Origin: an uncultured Thermoleophilia bacterium
GTDB lineage: Bacteria > Actinomycetota > Thermoleophilia > UBA2241
Reading direction: 5' to 3'
Length of the DNA: 64,000 nt
NCBI GenBank assembly: GCA_963736645.1
Contig: CAVTPJ010000004.1
Coordinates: 79,109-143,108, forward strand
Shown here: positions 1-10,167 of the stretch, in pieces
Layout of the letters: each line of letters begins with the position of its first letter
Numbering within the stretch: position 1 is the first letter of the stretch
Position numbers and translations under genes: made by a program
The notes under the pieces: generated by a model
Told to the model about the DNA's origin: nothing
What the model saw: the letters and a program-made list of their open reading frames with translations, nothing else
Databases searched by the model: none

Positions 1-524
1 CCGGGCTCGTGCGCCTCGAGTTCACGATCTCGACGCGTGGCCTGATCGGCTACCGCAACGACTTCCTCACCGAGACGCGCGGCCTGGGCGTGATGAGCTC
101 GCGCTTCACGGGCTACGGGCCCTGGAAGGGCGACCTGCCCGGGCGGGAGCGCGGTTCGCTGGTCAGCCAGACCGGCGGTGAGGCGGCCGGCTACTCGCTC
201 GAGAACCTGCAGAACCGCGCCGTGCTGTTCGTCGGCAACATGACCCCGGTCTACGAAGGGATGATCGTCGGCGAGAATTCGCGCGCCGACGACATGCTCT
301 GCAACCCGACGAAGCGCAAGCAGCTGGGCAACTACCGGTCGTCCACCAAGGACATCGACGCCGGTCTCAAGGTGCCTCGCCCCATCACCCTCGAGAGCGC
401 GCTCGAGTGGATCGCCGACGACGAGCTCGTCGAGGTGACGCCCAGGACGGTGCGCGTGCGCAAGCACATCCTCAGCACCGAGCAGCGCAAGAAGTTCGAG
501 AAGCGCGGGGCTGCGGACGCCTGA
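1..524 (+). CDS. typA: Translational GTPase TypA/BipA, C-terminal part (5' end outside window)
   Basis: The ORF is open to the window edge (frame of 9..524). The translation ...TRGLGVMSSRFTGYGPW...ESALEWIADDELVEVTPRTVRVRK matches the conserved TypA/BipA C-terminal domain. Confidence 0.85.
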   Translation, partial: GLVRLEFTISTRGLIGYRNDFLTETRGLGVMSSRFTGYGPWKGDLPGRERGSLVSQTGGEAAGYSLENLQNRAVLFVGNMTPVYEGMIVGENSRADDMLCNPTKRKQLGNYRSSTKDIDAGLKVPRPITLESALEWIADDELVEVTPRTVRVRKHILSTEQRKKFEKRGAADA

Positions 525-647
525 AGCGCTCTCGCGCCGACGGCATGCCCCCACGAGCTGACTATCAGGTCGTACGTCACGCGACGAGCGTCCTCCGCCC
601 GCAGGTAGAGTACGTCCGCAGATGATCCGCACCGAAGGGGGGTCGAC

Positions 648-2093
648 GTGACCAGGGAGTCGCAGTTCTACATCGACGGGCGCTGGGTCGACCCGGTCGA
701 GCCGGGCGAGACCATCGCGGTCATCGATCCGGCGACCGAAGAAGAGGTCGCGCGGGTGGCGGCCGCCACCGCCGCCGACGTCGAGTCGGCGGTGGCAGCG
801 GCCCATCGGGCCTTCGAGAGCTACGGGCGCAGCAGTCGTGAGGAGCGCCTCGATCTCCTGACGCGCGTGCTCGAGGCGTACCGCCGTCGCGTGCCCGAGA
901 TCGCGGCAGCGATGACGCTCGAGGTGGGCATCCCGCGTGGCCTCGCCGGGGGCGGCCAGGTGATGGCCGGCGTAGGACACCTGCAGACGGCCATCCAGGT
1001 GCTTGACGACTACCCGCTCGAGCAGGACTGGGGCTCGACCAGGATCGTCCGCGAGCCCGTCGGCGTGTGCGCGCTGTTCGCGCCGTGGAACTGGCCTATG
1101 AACCAGGTGACGGCCAAGGTCGCGCCCGCGCTCGCCGCCGGTTGCACCATGATCCTGAAGCCGAGCGAGGTCGCGCCGCTCTCGGCGATCCTCTTCGCCG
1201 AGGCGGTGGACGAGGCCGGCGTGCCGCCCGGCGTCTTCAACCTGGTGAACGGTGCAGGGTCTGCACTGGGCGAATCGCTCGCCGGCCACCCGCTCGTCGA
1301 CATGGTGTCGTTCACGGGTTCCACCAAGGTGGGAGGTCTGGTGGCGCGCACCGCGGCCGACTCCATCAAGCGGGTCTCACAGGAGCTCGGCGGCAAGTCG
1401 GCCAACATCGTCTTCGAGGACGTCGACGTGGACAGGGTCGTCGCCCAGGGCGTGCTGGGGTGCATGCACAACTCGGGGCAGACCTGCAACGCGCCCACGC
1501 GGATGCTCGTCGCCGAGTCCGTGTACGAGCGGGCGGTCGTGGTCGCGGCGCGCGCCGCCGCCGGCGTCTCCGTCGGCGACCCGCGCGACCCCGGGACGTT
1601 CATGGGCCCCGTGGCCGGCCGGAAGAGGTACCAGACGGTGCAGGGCTTCATCGAGGCCGGGTCGGCGGAGGGCGCCCGGCTGGTCGCCGGGGGCCTGGGC
1701 CGCCCCGCCGGCCTCGAGAAGGGCTTCTTCGTGCGGCCCACGGTGTTCGCCGACGTGACGCCGGACATGCGCATCTTCCGCGAGGAGATCTTCGGCCCGG
1801 TGCTCTGCCTCACCCCGTTCCGGGACGAGGAGCACGCGGTCGAGCTGGCCAACGCGACGGACTACGGTCTCTCCGGCTACGTGCAGTCCGCCGACGTGGA
1901 GCGGGCGCGGCGGGTGGCCGGCCGGCTGCGCACCGGCATGGTGCACCTGAACGGCGCGCCCACCGACGGGCGCGCGCCCTTCGGCGGCTACAGGAAGTCG
2001 GGCAACGGACGCGAGTGGGGCAGGTTCGGGCTGGAGGACTTCCTCGAGGTCAAGGCCGTCATGGGCTGGGGTCCGCGGGCGCGCTGGTCCTGA
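648..2093 (+). CDS. NAD(P)-dependent aldehyde dehydrogenase family protein
   Basis: 481 aa. ALDH hallmarks are present: FTGSTKVG, ELGGKSANIV, and the catalytic Cys in GQTCNAPTR. The GTG start is preceded by GAAGGGGGG. Confidence 0.9.
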   Translation: MTRESQFYIDGRWVDPVEPGETIAVIDPATEEEVARVAAATAADVESAVAAAHRAFESYGRSSREERLDLLTRVLEAYRRRVPEIAAAMTLEVGIPRGLAGGGQVMAGVGHLQTAIQVLDDYPLEQDWGSTRIVREPVGVCALFAPWNWPMNQVTAKVAPALAAGCTMILKPSEVAPLSAILFAEAVDEAGVPPGVFNLVNGAGSALGESLAGHPLVDMVSFTGSTKVGGLVARTAADSIKRVSQELGGKSANIVFEDVDVDRVVAQGVLGCMHNSGQTCNAPTRMLVAESVYERAVVVAARAAAGVSVGDPRDPGTFMGPVAGRKRYQTVQGFIEAGSAEGARLVAGGLGRPAGLEKGFFVRPTVFADVTPDMRIFREEIFGPVLCLTPFRDEEHAVELANATDYGLSGYVQSADVERARRVAGRLRTGMVHLNGAPTDGRAPFGGYRKSGNGREWGRFGLEDFLEVKAVMGWGPRARWS

Positions 2094-2101
2094 CGGCGGC
2101 C

Positions 2102-2143
2102 GCGGGCGCCTCGGACCGGCCGGCGGCCGCGGCCGGCGCCCGC
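2102..2143. terminator. Candidate bidirectional GC-rich hairpin between convergent genes
   Basis: GCGGGCGCC (2102-2110) is the reverse complement of GGCGCCCGC (2135-2143). It sits between the ALDH stop (2093) and the decarboxylase stop (2145). There is no U-tract. Confidence 0.25.
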
Positions 2144-2144
2144 C

Positions 2145-3470
<1,326 letters not shown>

Positions 3471-3486
3471 GGGCGCATCGCCCGGG

Positions 3487-3966
3487 TCACAGCTCGCCGT
3501 CGTAGTAGTCGACCGCGCTCTCGCGTCTGACCATGAGCCCCTCCACGTCTCCGCCGGGCCAGGCTCCCCACTTGTCGCTGTCGGGGTAGTAGCTGATGCT
3601 CGGGTCCACCATCGTCGAGAGCAGGAGGACGCGCGCGGACGCCGGGCCGGCGTTGCTCACCTTGTGGGCGCCGGCCGGGCCGGGCGGGAAGCACACGACG
3701 TCGCCCGGCTCGAGGATCTCCTCGCGCTCGCCGTCGCCGGCGGCCCGGCGCAGTGTCGGCCGCCCCGCGAGCACAAGCAGCCACTCCTCGTTGCCGAACT
3801 CGCAGTGATAGGGGCAGACGCTCTCACCCGGGTCGAGGTGGTACACACTCCCGCCGATCATGGCGGCGCCGAGCATCGGCCCCAGCTTGGCGCGCGGGGC
3901 CACGTATCCCGGCGGATCGCCGGGATCCGTCGCAGTCGGTACGGAATACAGGTTGACGCGCTCCAT
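3487..3966 (-). CDS. Cupin domain protein
   Basis: I moved the start to ATG 3966 (MERVNLY...), which is preceded by AAGGAGG. It has the cupin-like motifs PYHCEFGNEEWLLVLAG and GDVVCFPPGPAGAHK. It lies 17 nt upstream of the decarboxylase on the same strand. Confidence 0.7.
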   Translation of the reverse strand: MERVNLYSVPTATDPGDPPGYVAPRAKLGPMLGAAMIGGSVYHLDPGESVCPYHCEFGNEEWLLVLAGRPTLRRAAGDGEREEILEPGDVVCFPPGPAGAHKVSNAGPASARVLLLSTMVDPSISYYPDSDKWGAWPGGDVEGLMVRRESAVDYYDGEL

Positions 3967-4055
3967 CGATCCTCCTTGCGGCTGCGCCGGCAGCGGCCGT
4001 CCCCCGGCGCCGGCGCTCATGTGACGGCCGGAGCCTGCCCGGGCATCTCTAGTCT

Positions 4056-4718
4056 ATGACTCGCGAGGAGCAGAAGCGCGCCGCCGCCGTAGCGGCGCTG
4101 CGGTACGTCACGCCCGGCGGGATCGTCGGTGTCGGCACGGGAAGCACCGCGGATCGGTTCATCGCCGCTCTTGCGGCGCGGCCGGGCCTGGTCACCGGTG
4201 CGGTCGCGAGTTCGGAGGCCTCGGCCGCCGCGCTTCGTGCGGCCGCCGTGTCCGTCGTCGGGCTGGACGAGGTCGCGGCGCTTCCGCTCTACGTCGACGG
4301 GGCCGACGAAGTCGACCCGGAACTGCGGCTGGTCAAGGGCGCCGGGGGGGCGCTCGCCCGCGAGAAGGTGGTCGCGAGCGCCGCCGCGCTCTTCGTCTGC
4401 ATCGTCGACGAGGGCAAACTGGTCGCGCGCCTGGGCGGCGTCCCGGTGCCCCTCGCCGTCCTGCCGATGGCGGTCACGCTCGTCGCGCGGCGCGTGCGCA
4501 TGCTCGGCGGCCGTCCCGCCGCCCGGGCCGGCTACCGCAGCGACGACGGCGCGGCGATCATCGACGTGACCGGCCTCGACCTCAGCGACCCGGAGCGACT
4601 CGAGGCTGAGCTCGACGCCATCCCCGGCGTCGTGGAGTGCGGGGTCTTCGCTCGCCGCCGCGCCGACGTCGTGCTGGCGGGCACCACAGAGGGCGTACGC
4701 GAGCTCAGACCTGCTTGA
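4056..4718 (+). CDS. rpiA: Ribose-5-phosphate isomerase A
   Basis: 220 aa with the RpiA motifs VGVGTGSTA, DGADEVD and KGAGGALAREK. Confidence 0.9.
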   Translation: MTREEQKRAAAVAALRYVTPGGIVGVGTGSTADRFIAALAARPGLVTGAVASSEASAAALRAAAVSVVGLDEVAALPLYVDGADEVDPELRLVKGAGGALAREKVVASAAALFVCIVDEGKLVARLGGVPVPLAVLPMAVTLVARRVRMLGGRPAARAGYRSDDGAAIIDVTGLDLSDPERLEAELDAIPGVVECGVFARRRADVVLAGTTEGVRELRPA

Positions 4719-6009
4719 AGACCATGATGCTGCCGGTGTAGCAGCAGAGCCACACGCTCCTGGTGGGCGCGTCGTAGGTGATCCCGATCGGCAGGGCGTT
4801 GGTGTTCACCGTGTCGATCACCTTCATGTCGCTGGTGCGGACCATGCTCATCGTGTTCGAGTCGTAGTTGACGACGAACAGCGACTTGCCGTCGGGGGCG
4901 ATGGCCATGCTGCGCGGCTGCGCCCCCGTGGCGACCTTGTCGACGACCTTGCGCGTCCTCGGGTCGATCTTGGCGACGGTGCCCTCGCCGTTCAGCGTCG
5001 CGTACAGGTACTTGCCGCTGGGGGCCATGCACACGTGCCGCGGGCTGCTGCCGACGCCGCGGATCCACGAGACCGAGAAGTCCCGCAGGTCGACCGCGGC
5101 GATGTCGTAGCTGCCCATCACGGCCACGTACGCCGTCCGCGAATCGGGCGAGACGGCGATGCCGCGCGGGTAGGGCCCGAGGTAGACGCTCTTGACCACC
5201 TTGCTGGTGTGGATGTCGATGACGCTCAGACTGTAGGAGCACCAGTTGCTCACCAGCAGGTACTCCTGGTCCGGCGTGACGGTCAGGTACTTGGGGACGG
5301 CCCCGACGCGGATGACCTTGTCGATCGCGAGCGTGTCGAGCGGGACGCGGTAGACGTAGCTCTTGTCGGTGCCGTCGCCCGGGGCGCAGACGTCCCGTCC
5401 CTCGGTGTAGCCGTCGCCGAACATCGAGTACTGCGAGACGTACATGAAGCGCCCGTCGGGCATCGCCGCAGCCTCGACGGGCGCTCCCCGGATGGTCTCG
5501 CCGTGCCCCTTGATGCGGAACGTGTCGGCGTCGATCTTGTCGGGGATCGTCTCGACCAGCTTGAGCGTCTTCGCGTCGTACACGGTCATCGTGTGCTTGT
5601 ACATCATGTTCTGCGCGAAGACGTAGCCGGTGCCGGTGCTCACGACGGACTTCGGCGAGATGTCCTGACTCACGATGGTCTTGCGCAGCTTGAGCTTGAG
5701 CGATGAGGACGGCGGACCCGTCCAGACGGTCGGGCTCGGCGACGGCGTGGGCCGGTCGTCTTGCGGCTCGTCACCCTTCTCGCGGGAGTCGGCGGAGCCG
5801 GCCAGGCCTTCGCCTCCCGTATCGGAGCCGCAGCTGCCGATGGCCGTCCACAGCACGCCGCCCAGCACGGCGATGATCACGATCAGGGCGATCAGGGCGA
5901 AGAACCGCCGGCGCCGGTACACGCGCGCCTTGCTGGCGCGGCGGGTGCGCCGGCGCTGGGATGGACGGGGGGTGTGGTCGGGACTGTCCATGGTGCGCGA
6001 GTGTAGCAA
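4705..6009 (-). CDS. Membrane-anchored YVTN/YncE-like beta-propeller repeat protein
   Basis: It has a basic N-terminus, one TM helix (FFALIALIVIIAVLGGVLW) and a Pro-rich linker. Repeated ~40-aa units follow (..PRGIAVSPD.., ..PRHVCMAPSG.., ..PRSMAIAPDG..). It converges on rpiA with a 14-nt overlap. Confidence 0.7.
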   Translation of the reverse strand: MLHSRTMDSPDHTPRPSQRRRTRRASKARVYRRRRFFALIALIVIIAVLGGVLWTAIGSCGSDTGGEGLAGSADSREKGDEPQDDRPTPSPSPTVWTGPPSSSLKLKLRKTIVSQDISPKSVVSTGTGYVFAQNMMYKHTMTVYDAKTLKLVETIPDKIDADTFRIKGHGETIRGAPVEAAAMPDGRFMYVSQYSMFGDGYTEGRDVCAPGDGTDKSYVYRVPLDTLAIDKVIRVGAVPKYLTVTPDQEYLLVSNWCSYSLSVIDIHTSKVVKSVYLGPYPRGIAVSPDSRTAYVAVMGSYDIAAVDLRDFSVSWIRGVGSSPRHVCMAPSGKYLYATLNGEGTVAKIDPRTRKVVDKVATGAQPRSMAIAPDGKSLFVVNYDSNTMSMVRTSDMKVIDTVNTNALPIGITYDAPTRSVWLCCYTGSIMVFKQV

Positions 6010-6060
6010 ACGGCCCGGCGGACTGACTCCCGGACGCCGGGCCGCGAGATCCGGCCGGTG

Positions 6061-7200
6061 TCAGCCGAGGACCGGGCGGAGGCGTGCGAGCGCCTCGTCC
6101 AGCATCTGACGACGGCAGCCGAAGTTGAGGCGGACGTAGGCCGGGTCGCCGAAGTCGGCCCCGGCCGAAAGTGCCACGCCGGCGGCCCGGCATGCCGCCG
6201 GCGGGTCGTCGAGCCCGAGTTCGCGCACGTCGAGCCAGGCGAGATAGGTGGCCTCGACGTGCGTCATGCGCACGCGCGGGAACTCCGCGGCGACGAACGC
6301 CTCGAGCGCGTCGCGGTTGCCGCGCAGGTAGTCCAGCAGACCGGCGTGCCATGCGCCGCCCTCACGGTATGCCGTTTCGGCGGCGGTGACGGCGAAGCAG
6401 CCGGGGAACGGCAACAGGCCTTCGCCCGGCCGCACGAACCGCCGCCGCAGCTCCTCGTTCGCGACGATGGCGAAGGCGAAGTTGAGGCCCGGCAGGTTGA
6501 AGGTCTTGCTCGGCGCCATCAGCGTGACGATCCGGTCCGCGTCGCCGGGGCAGGCGTGCGCCGCCGGCACGTGCACCTGGTCGTCGAGGATCAGGTCGCA
6601 GTGGATCTCGTCGCTCACGAGCACGAGGTCGTGACGGCGGCAGAAGTCGACCACCCGCTCGAGCTCGTCGCGGCGCCAGACGCGGCCGAGCGGGTTGTGC
6701 GGATGGCAGAAGAGGAGCACGCCGGCGTCGGGCGTCACGGCGGCCTCGAGGCCGTCCAGCGGCAGCTCCCAGCGGCCTCCACCGAACTCGGCCGGCACCG
6801 TGACGAGTCTCCGGCCGCGTCCGCCGGGAGCCTCCAGGAACGGTGGGTACACGGGCGTGACCGTCAGCACCGCCCCGCCGGGCGCGGCGAAAGCGTCGCA
6901 GGAGAGGTTCAGCCCCGGCACGACGCTGGGCAGCCACACGATCCAGTCGCCGTCGATGCGCCAGCCGTAGCGACGCTCGAGGTGGGCGACGATCGCCTCG
7001 ACGAGGGAGTCGGGCACCAACGAGTAGCCGTAGACGCCGTGAGCGGCACGCGCCGTGAGCGCCTCGACCACCTGCGGCGGCGAGGCGAAGTCCATGTCGG
7101 CGACCCACAGCGGCAGAGGGCTGCCGGGGTAGAGGTCCCATTTGTAGCTGTCGGTGCCCCGCCGGTCGATGTGGGCATCGAAGTCGAGATCCATGGGCAC
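6061..7200 (-). CDS. Class I/II aminotransferase, MalY/PatB-type C-S lyase
   Basis: 379 aa. The N-terminus FDAHIDRRGTDSYKWD is typical of the MalY/PatB family. The PLP-Lys context is APSKTFNLPGL. Confidence 0.8.
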   Translation of the reverse strand: MPMDLDFDAHIDRRGTDSYKWDLYPGSPLPLWVADMDFASPPQVVEALTARAAHGVYGYSLVPDSLVEAIVAHLERRYGWRIDGDWIVWLPSVVPGLNLSCDAFAAPGGAVLTVTPVYPPFLEAPGGRGRRLVTVPAEFGGGRWELPLDGLEAAVTPDAGVLLFCHPHNPLGRVWRRDELERVVDFCRRHDLVLVSDEIHCDLILDDQVHVPAAHACPGDADRIVTLMAPSKTFNLPGLNFAFAIVANEELRRRFVRPGEGLLPFPGCFAVTAAETAYREGGAWHAGLLDYLRGNRDALEAFVAAEFPRVRMTHVEATYLAWLDVRELGLDDPPAACRAAGVALSAGADFGDPAYVRLNFGCRRQMLDEALARLRPVLG

Positions 7201-7280
7201 AGGCTAGCAGAAGGGCGCCCGGGCGTGCGCCCCGCCGCCACGGAGGCGCGGCGAGCGACCCGGATCGCGCCGCGCGGGAG

Positions 7281-7332
7281 ACAGGACTACTTCAGTCCTG
7301 TATCCTCACGAGGTTGCTCTTTTGCCGAAAAG
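7281..7332. promoter_or_regulatory. Candidate operator/promoter region with two palindromes in a divergent intergenic spacer
   Basis: There is a perfect inverted repeat ACAGGACT-ACTTC-AGTCCTGT (7281-7301) and a second one, CTTTT-GCCG-AAAAG (7319-7332). Both lie in a locally AT-richer stretch between the 6061..7200 (-) and 7388..8902 (+) genes. Confidence 0.3.
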
Positions 7333-7387
7333 GTCGAAGACTCACCAGTACCCTGACGGACCCACCCCGCACGAGGACGCCCCCACC

Positions 7388-8902
7388 ATGAAGATCCGCC
7401 TGATAGAGCCCATCTCTCCGAGCCGTCATCTCTGGTCGAAGTCGTACTTCGTCCGGCTTGGACTGCCCATGATCGGCGCCGCGCTCGTTGAGGCGGGCCA
7501 CGATGTGCGCATCTTCAACCCGCAGCTGGCGCCGGTCGACTGGCCGGACGTGTTCAGCTCCGACCTCGTCGGCATCTCCAGCACCACCTCGACGATCCCC
7601 GAGGCGTACCGCATCGCCGACGAGCTGCGCCGGCGAGGCATCCCCGTCATCATCGGCGGCTCGCACGTGACCTTCATGGCGGACGAGGCGCTCCAGCACG
7701 CGGACTACGTCGCCCGCGGCGAGGGCGGCGAGGTGATCATGACCGAGCTCGCCGAGGCGCTGGCCGGCGCCCGAGAGATCGGCTCGATCGACGGCATCTC
7801 CTACGTCGGCAGCGACGGCACGAGGGTGGACGCTCCCCTGCGCGAGGCCTGTCCGGACCTCGACCTGCTCCCCTTCCCGGACATCTCGCTCATCGACGGT
7901 CACGAGCGCATCACCAACACACCGATCATGACCAGCTGGGGCTGCCCGTTCGACTGCACCTTCTGCTCCGTCACCGCCATGTTCGGCAAGAAGTACCGCT
8001 TTCGCAGCGCGGAGAGCGTCGTCGCCGAGATCAAGGAGAAGCAGCCCGAAAGGATCTTCTTCTACGACGACAACATGGCCGCGAACAGGAAGCGCCTCAA
8101 GAAGCTCCTCCGGCTGATGATCGACGAGGGGATCACGGTGCCGTGGGGCGCCCAGGTGCGCACCGACGTCGTGCGCGACCCTGAGCTGCTCGAGCTGATG
8201 CGGGCCTCGGGGGCCGAGTTCATGGCCCTCGGCCTCGAGTCCGTCAACCAGGACACGCTCGATAGCTTCGACAAGGCGCAGACGGTGGGCGACATCGAGC
8301 ATGCCATCAAGGTGCTTCACGACTACGGTATCCGCAGCCACGGCATGTTCGTGCTCGGCGCCGACCACGATACCGAGAGCTCGGTCCGCGACACGGTGCG
8401 CTTCGCGCTCAAGAACAAGATCGACACGGTCATGCTCAACATCCTCACGCCGCTTCCCGGGACGCAGCAGTTCGCGGAGCTCGAGGCGGAGGGCCGCATC
8501 CTCGAGCGCGACTGGTCGTTCTACGACGCCCAGCACGTCGTCTTCCGCCCCCGGCAGATGACGCCGCTGCACCTGCTGCAGGAGACCATCAAGGCCAACA
8601 AGCGGTTCTACGCCACGTGGCGGCCGGTCTGGCAGTTCCACAAGTGGCTCTGGACCCGCAAGAACCAGGCGGCGAAGAAGAAGGCCGCTTGGGATCGCAT
8701 GCTCGAGTACGGCTGGCTGTGGTACTACTCGCGCACCTGGTGGACCGCCGCCAAGAACCGTGCCCAGCGCAAGCGGCTCCGCGAGCTGAGCCGCACGCAG
8801 CCGCCGAGTCCGGCGCCGACGCGGACGCGCGCGCCGGAGCCGGCGCCGAAGCAGGCGGCGGCCGGCCGCGTCCCCGCCGCCGAGAAAGCGCCGCTGGCGT
8901 AG
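7388..8902 (+). CDS. B12-binding domain radical SAM protein
   Basis: I set the start at ATG 7388 (MKIRLIEP). The N-terminus is a Rossmann-like B12-binding region (VGISSTTS...VIIGGSHVT). The radical SAM cluster motif is CPFDCTFCS. A Trp/Lys/Arg-rich C-terminal tail is unusual. Confidence 0.85.
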   Translation: MKIRLIEPISPSRHLWSKSYFVRLGLPMIGAALVEAGHDVRIFNPQLAPVDWPDVFSSDLVGISSTTSTIPEAYRIADELRRRGIPVIIGGSHVTFMADEALQHADYVARGEGGEVIMTELAEALAGAREIGSIDGISYVGSDGTRVDAPLREACPDLDLLPFPDISLIDGHERITNTPIMTSWGCPFDCTFCSVTAMFGKKYRFRSAESVVAEIKEKQPERIFFYDDNMAANRKRLKKLLRLMIDEGITVPWGAQVRTDVVRDPELLELMRASGAEFMALGLESVNQDTLDSFDKAQTVGDIEHAIKVLHDYGIRSHGMFVLGADHDTESSVRDTVRFALKNKIDTVMLNILTPLPGTQQFAELEAEGRILERDWSFYDAQHVVFRPRQMTPLHLLQETIKANKRFYATWRPVWQFHKWLWTRKNQAAKKKAAWDRMLEYGWLWYYSRTWWTAAKNRAQRKRLRELSRTQPPSPAPTRTRAPEPAPKQAAAGRVPAAEKAPLA

Positions 8903-9003
8903 CCCCGGCGTGGGGGCGTGCCGGCGGCGCGCCCGGGGAACAGTCGTCTTGCACGGCGCGCCGCCGAAGCGGCGCGCGCCACACCGGACGACAGGACGCG
9001 ACC

Positions 9004-9474
9004 ATGGCAACCGCCACCTTCGCCGCCGGATGCTTCTGGGGCGTCGAGCAGCGTTTCGCCGCGCTGCCGGGCGTCACCAGCACAGAGGTCGGCTACACCG
9101 GCGGCACCACGCCGCACCCCAGCTACGAGCAGGTCTGTTCGCACACCACCGGTCACGCAGAGGCTGTGCGCCTCGAGTACGACCCGGGGCGCGTCAGCTT
9201 CGAGGAGCTCCTGGCGGCGTTCTTCGGCATGCACGACCCCACGCAGCTGAACCGCCAGGGACCGGACGTCGGCGACCAGTACCGCTCGGCCGTGTTCTTC
9301 CACACGCCCGAGCAGGAGAAGGCGGCCCGGTCCGCCGTGGGACAGCTCACGGAGAGCGCCGTCTTCAAGCGGCCGATCGTGACGCAGATCGCCTCGGCGC
9401 CCGAGTGGTGGCGCGCCGAGGAGTATCACCAGCGCTACTTCGAGAAGCACGCGCGCTTCGGCTGCCGGATCTGA
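9004..9474 (+). CDS. msrA: Peptide-methionine (S)-S-oxide reductase
   Basis: The start is ATG 9004 (MATATFAAGCFWG). The catalytic GCFWG motif and HDPTQLNRQGPDVGDQYRS are present. The upstream part of ORF 8617..9474 is a spurious extension. Confidence 0.95.
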   Translation: MATATFAAGCFWGVEQRFAALPGVTSTEVGYTGGTTPHPSYEQVCSHTTGHAEAVRLEYDPGRVSFEELLAAFFGMHDPTQLNRQGPDVGDQYRSAVFFHTPEQEKAARSAVGQLTESAVFKRPIVTQIASAPEWWRAEEYHQRYFEKHARFGCRI

Positions 9475-9521
9475 CCGCGGGGTTCCATCCGCTGACGCCG
9501 GACGCCGTCGCGTCGGTCCGC

Positions 9522-10085
9522 TCAGCCGGACAGATGCTCGATGAGGATCTTGAGGCCGATCGCGATGAGGATGACGCCGCCCACGACCTCCATGCGGCGT
9601 CCGAGAAGGGCTCCGAAGCGGGTCCCGAGCTCCAGCCCGACGGTGGTGAGGGCGCCGGCGACCACGCCGATGACCAGCGCCGGATACCAGATGTCGACGC
9701 CGAGCAGCGCGAGAGACAGGCCGACGGCAAGAGCGTCGATGCTCGTGGCGATGGAGAGCAGGACGAGCGACCAGCCCTTCGTCGGGTCGCTCCGGTCGGC
9801 CGCTTCCTCCTCGGGCTTGAGCGCTTCGTAGATCATCTTGCCGCCGATCCCGGCGAGCAGGCAGAAGGCGATCCAGTGATCGATCGGCGCGATGTAGTCG
9901 ACGAGCGTGAGGCCGGCCAGCCATCCCAGGACCGGCATGAACGCCTGGAAGAGGCCGAAGTGCCAGGCGAGGCGGAAGGTCTGGCGCGGCGTGACCTCCC
10001 TGAGCTGGAGCCCGGCGCCGATGGCCACGGCGAACGCGTCCATGGCGAGGCCGATGGCGATCCCGAGGAGTGTCAGCGTAGACAT
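9522..10085 (-). CDS. mntP: Manganese efflux pump MntP
   Basis: ATG at 10085 (the track begins at a TTG one codon upstream). It has the duplicated MntP half-domains with LAMDAFAVA and SIDALAVG, and six TM segments. Confidence 0.85.
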   Translation of the reverse strand: MSTLTLLGIAIGLAMDAFAVAIGAGLQLREVTPRQTFRLAWHFGLFQAFMPVLGWLAGLTLVDYIAPIDHWIAFCLLAGIGGKMIYEALKPEEEAADRSDPTKGWSLVLLSIATSIDALAVGLSLALLGVDIWYPALVIGVVAGALTTVGLELGTRFGALLGRRMEVVGGVILIAIGLKILIEHLSG

Positions 10086-10167
10086 CAACCGTGTACTCTA
10101 CCAGCGGCCGGTGAGAGCCGGGCAGGCCGTGAGCCGCGAGGAGGTCCCCGCCGTGAAGTACCGTCGC

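Noticed and set aside
10086-10167. A manganese (yybP-ykoY) riboswitch upstream of mntP.
   Set aside because: Only ~80 nt separate mntP from the divergent aminotransferase start. A TAGAGT box sits 9 nt from the ATG, consistent with a leaderless or very short leader mRNA. There is no room for the four-helix riboswitch.
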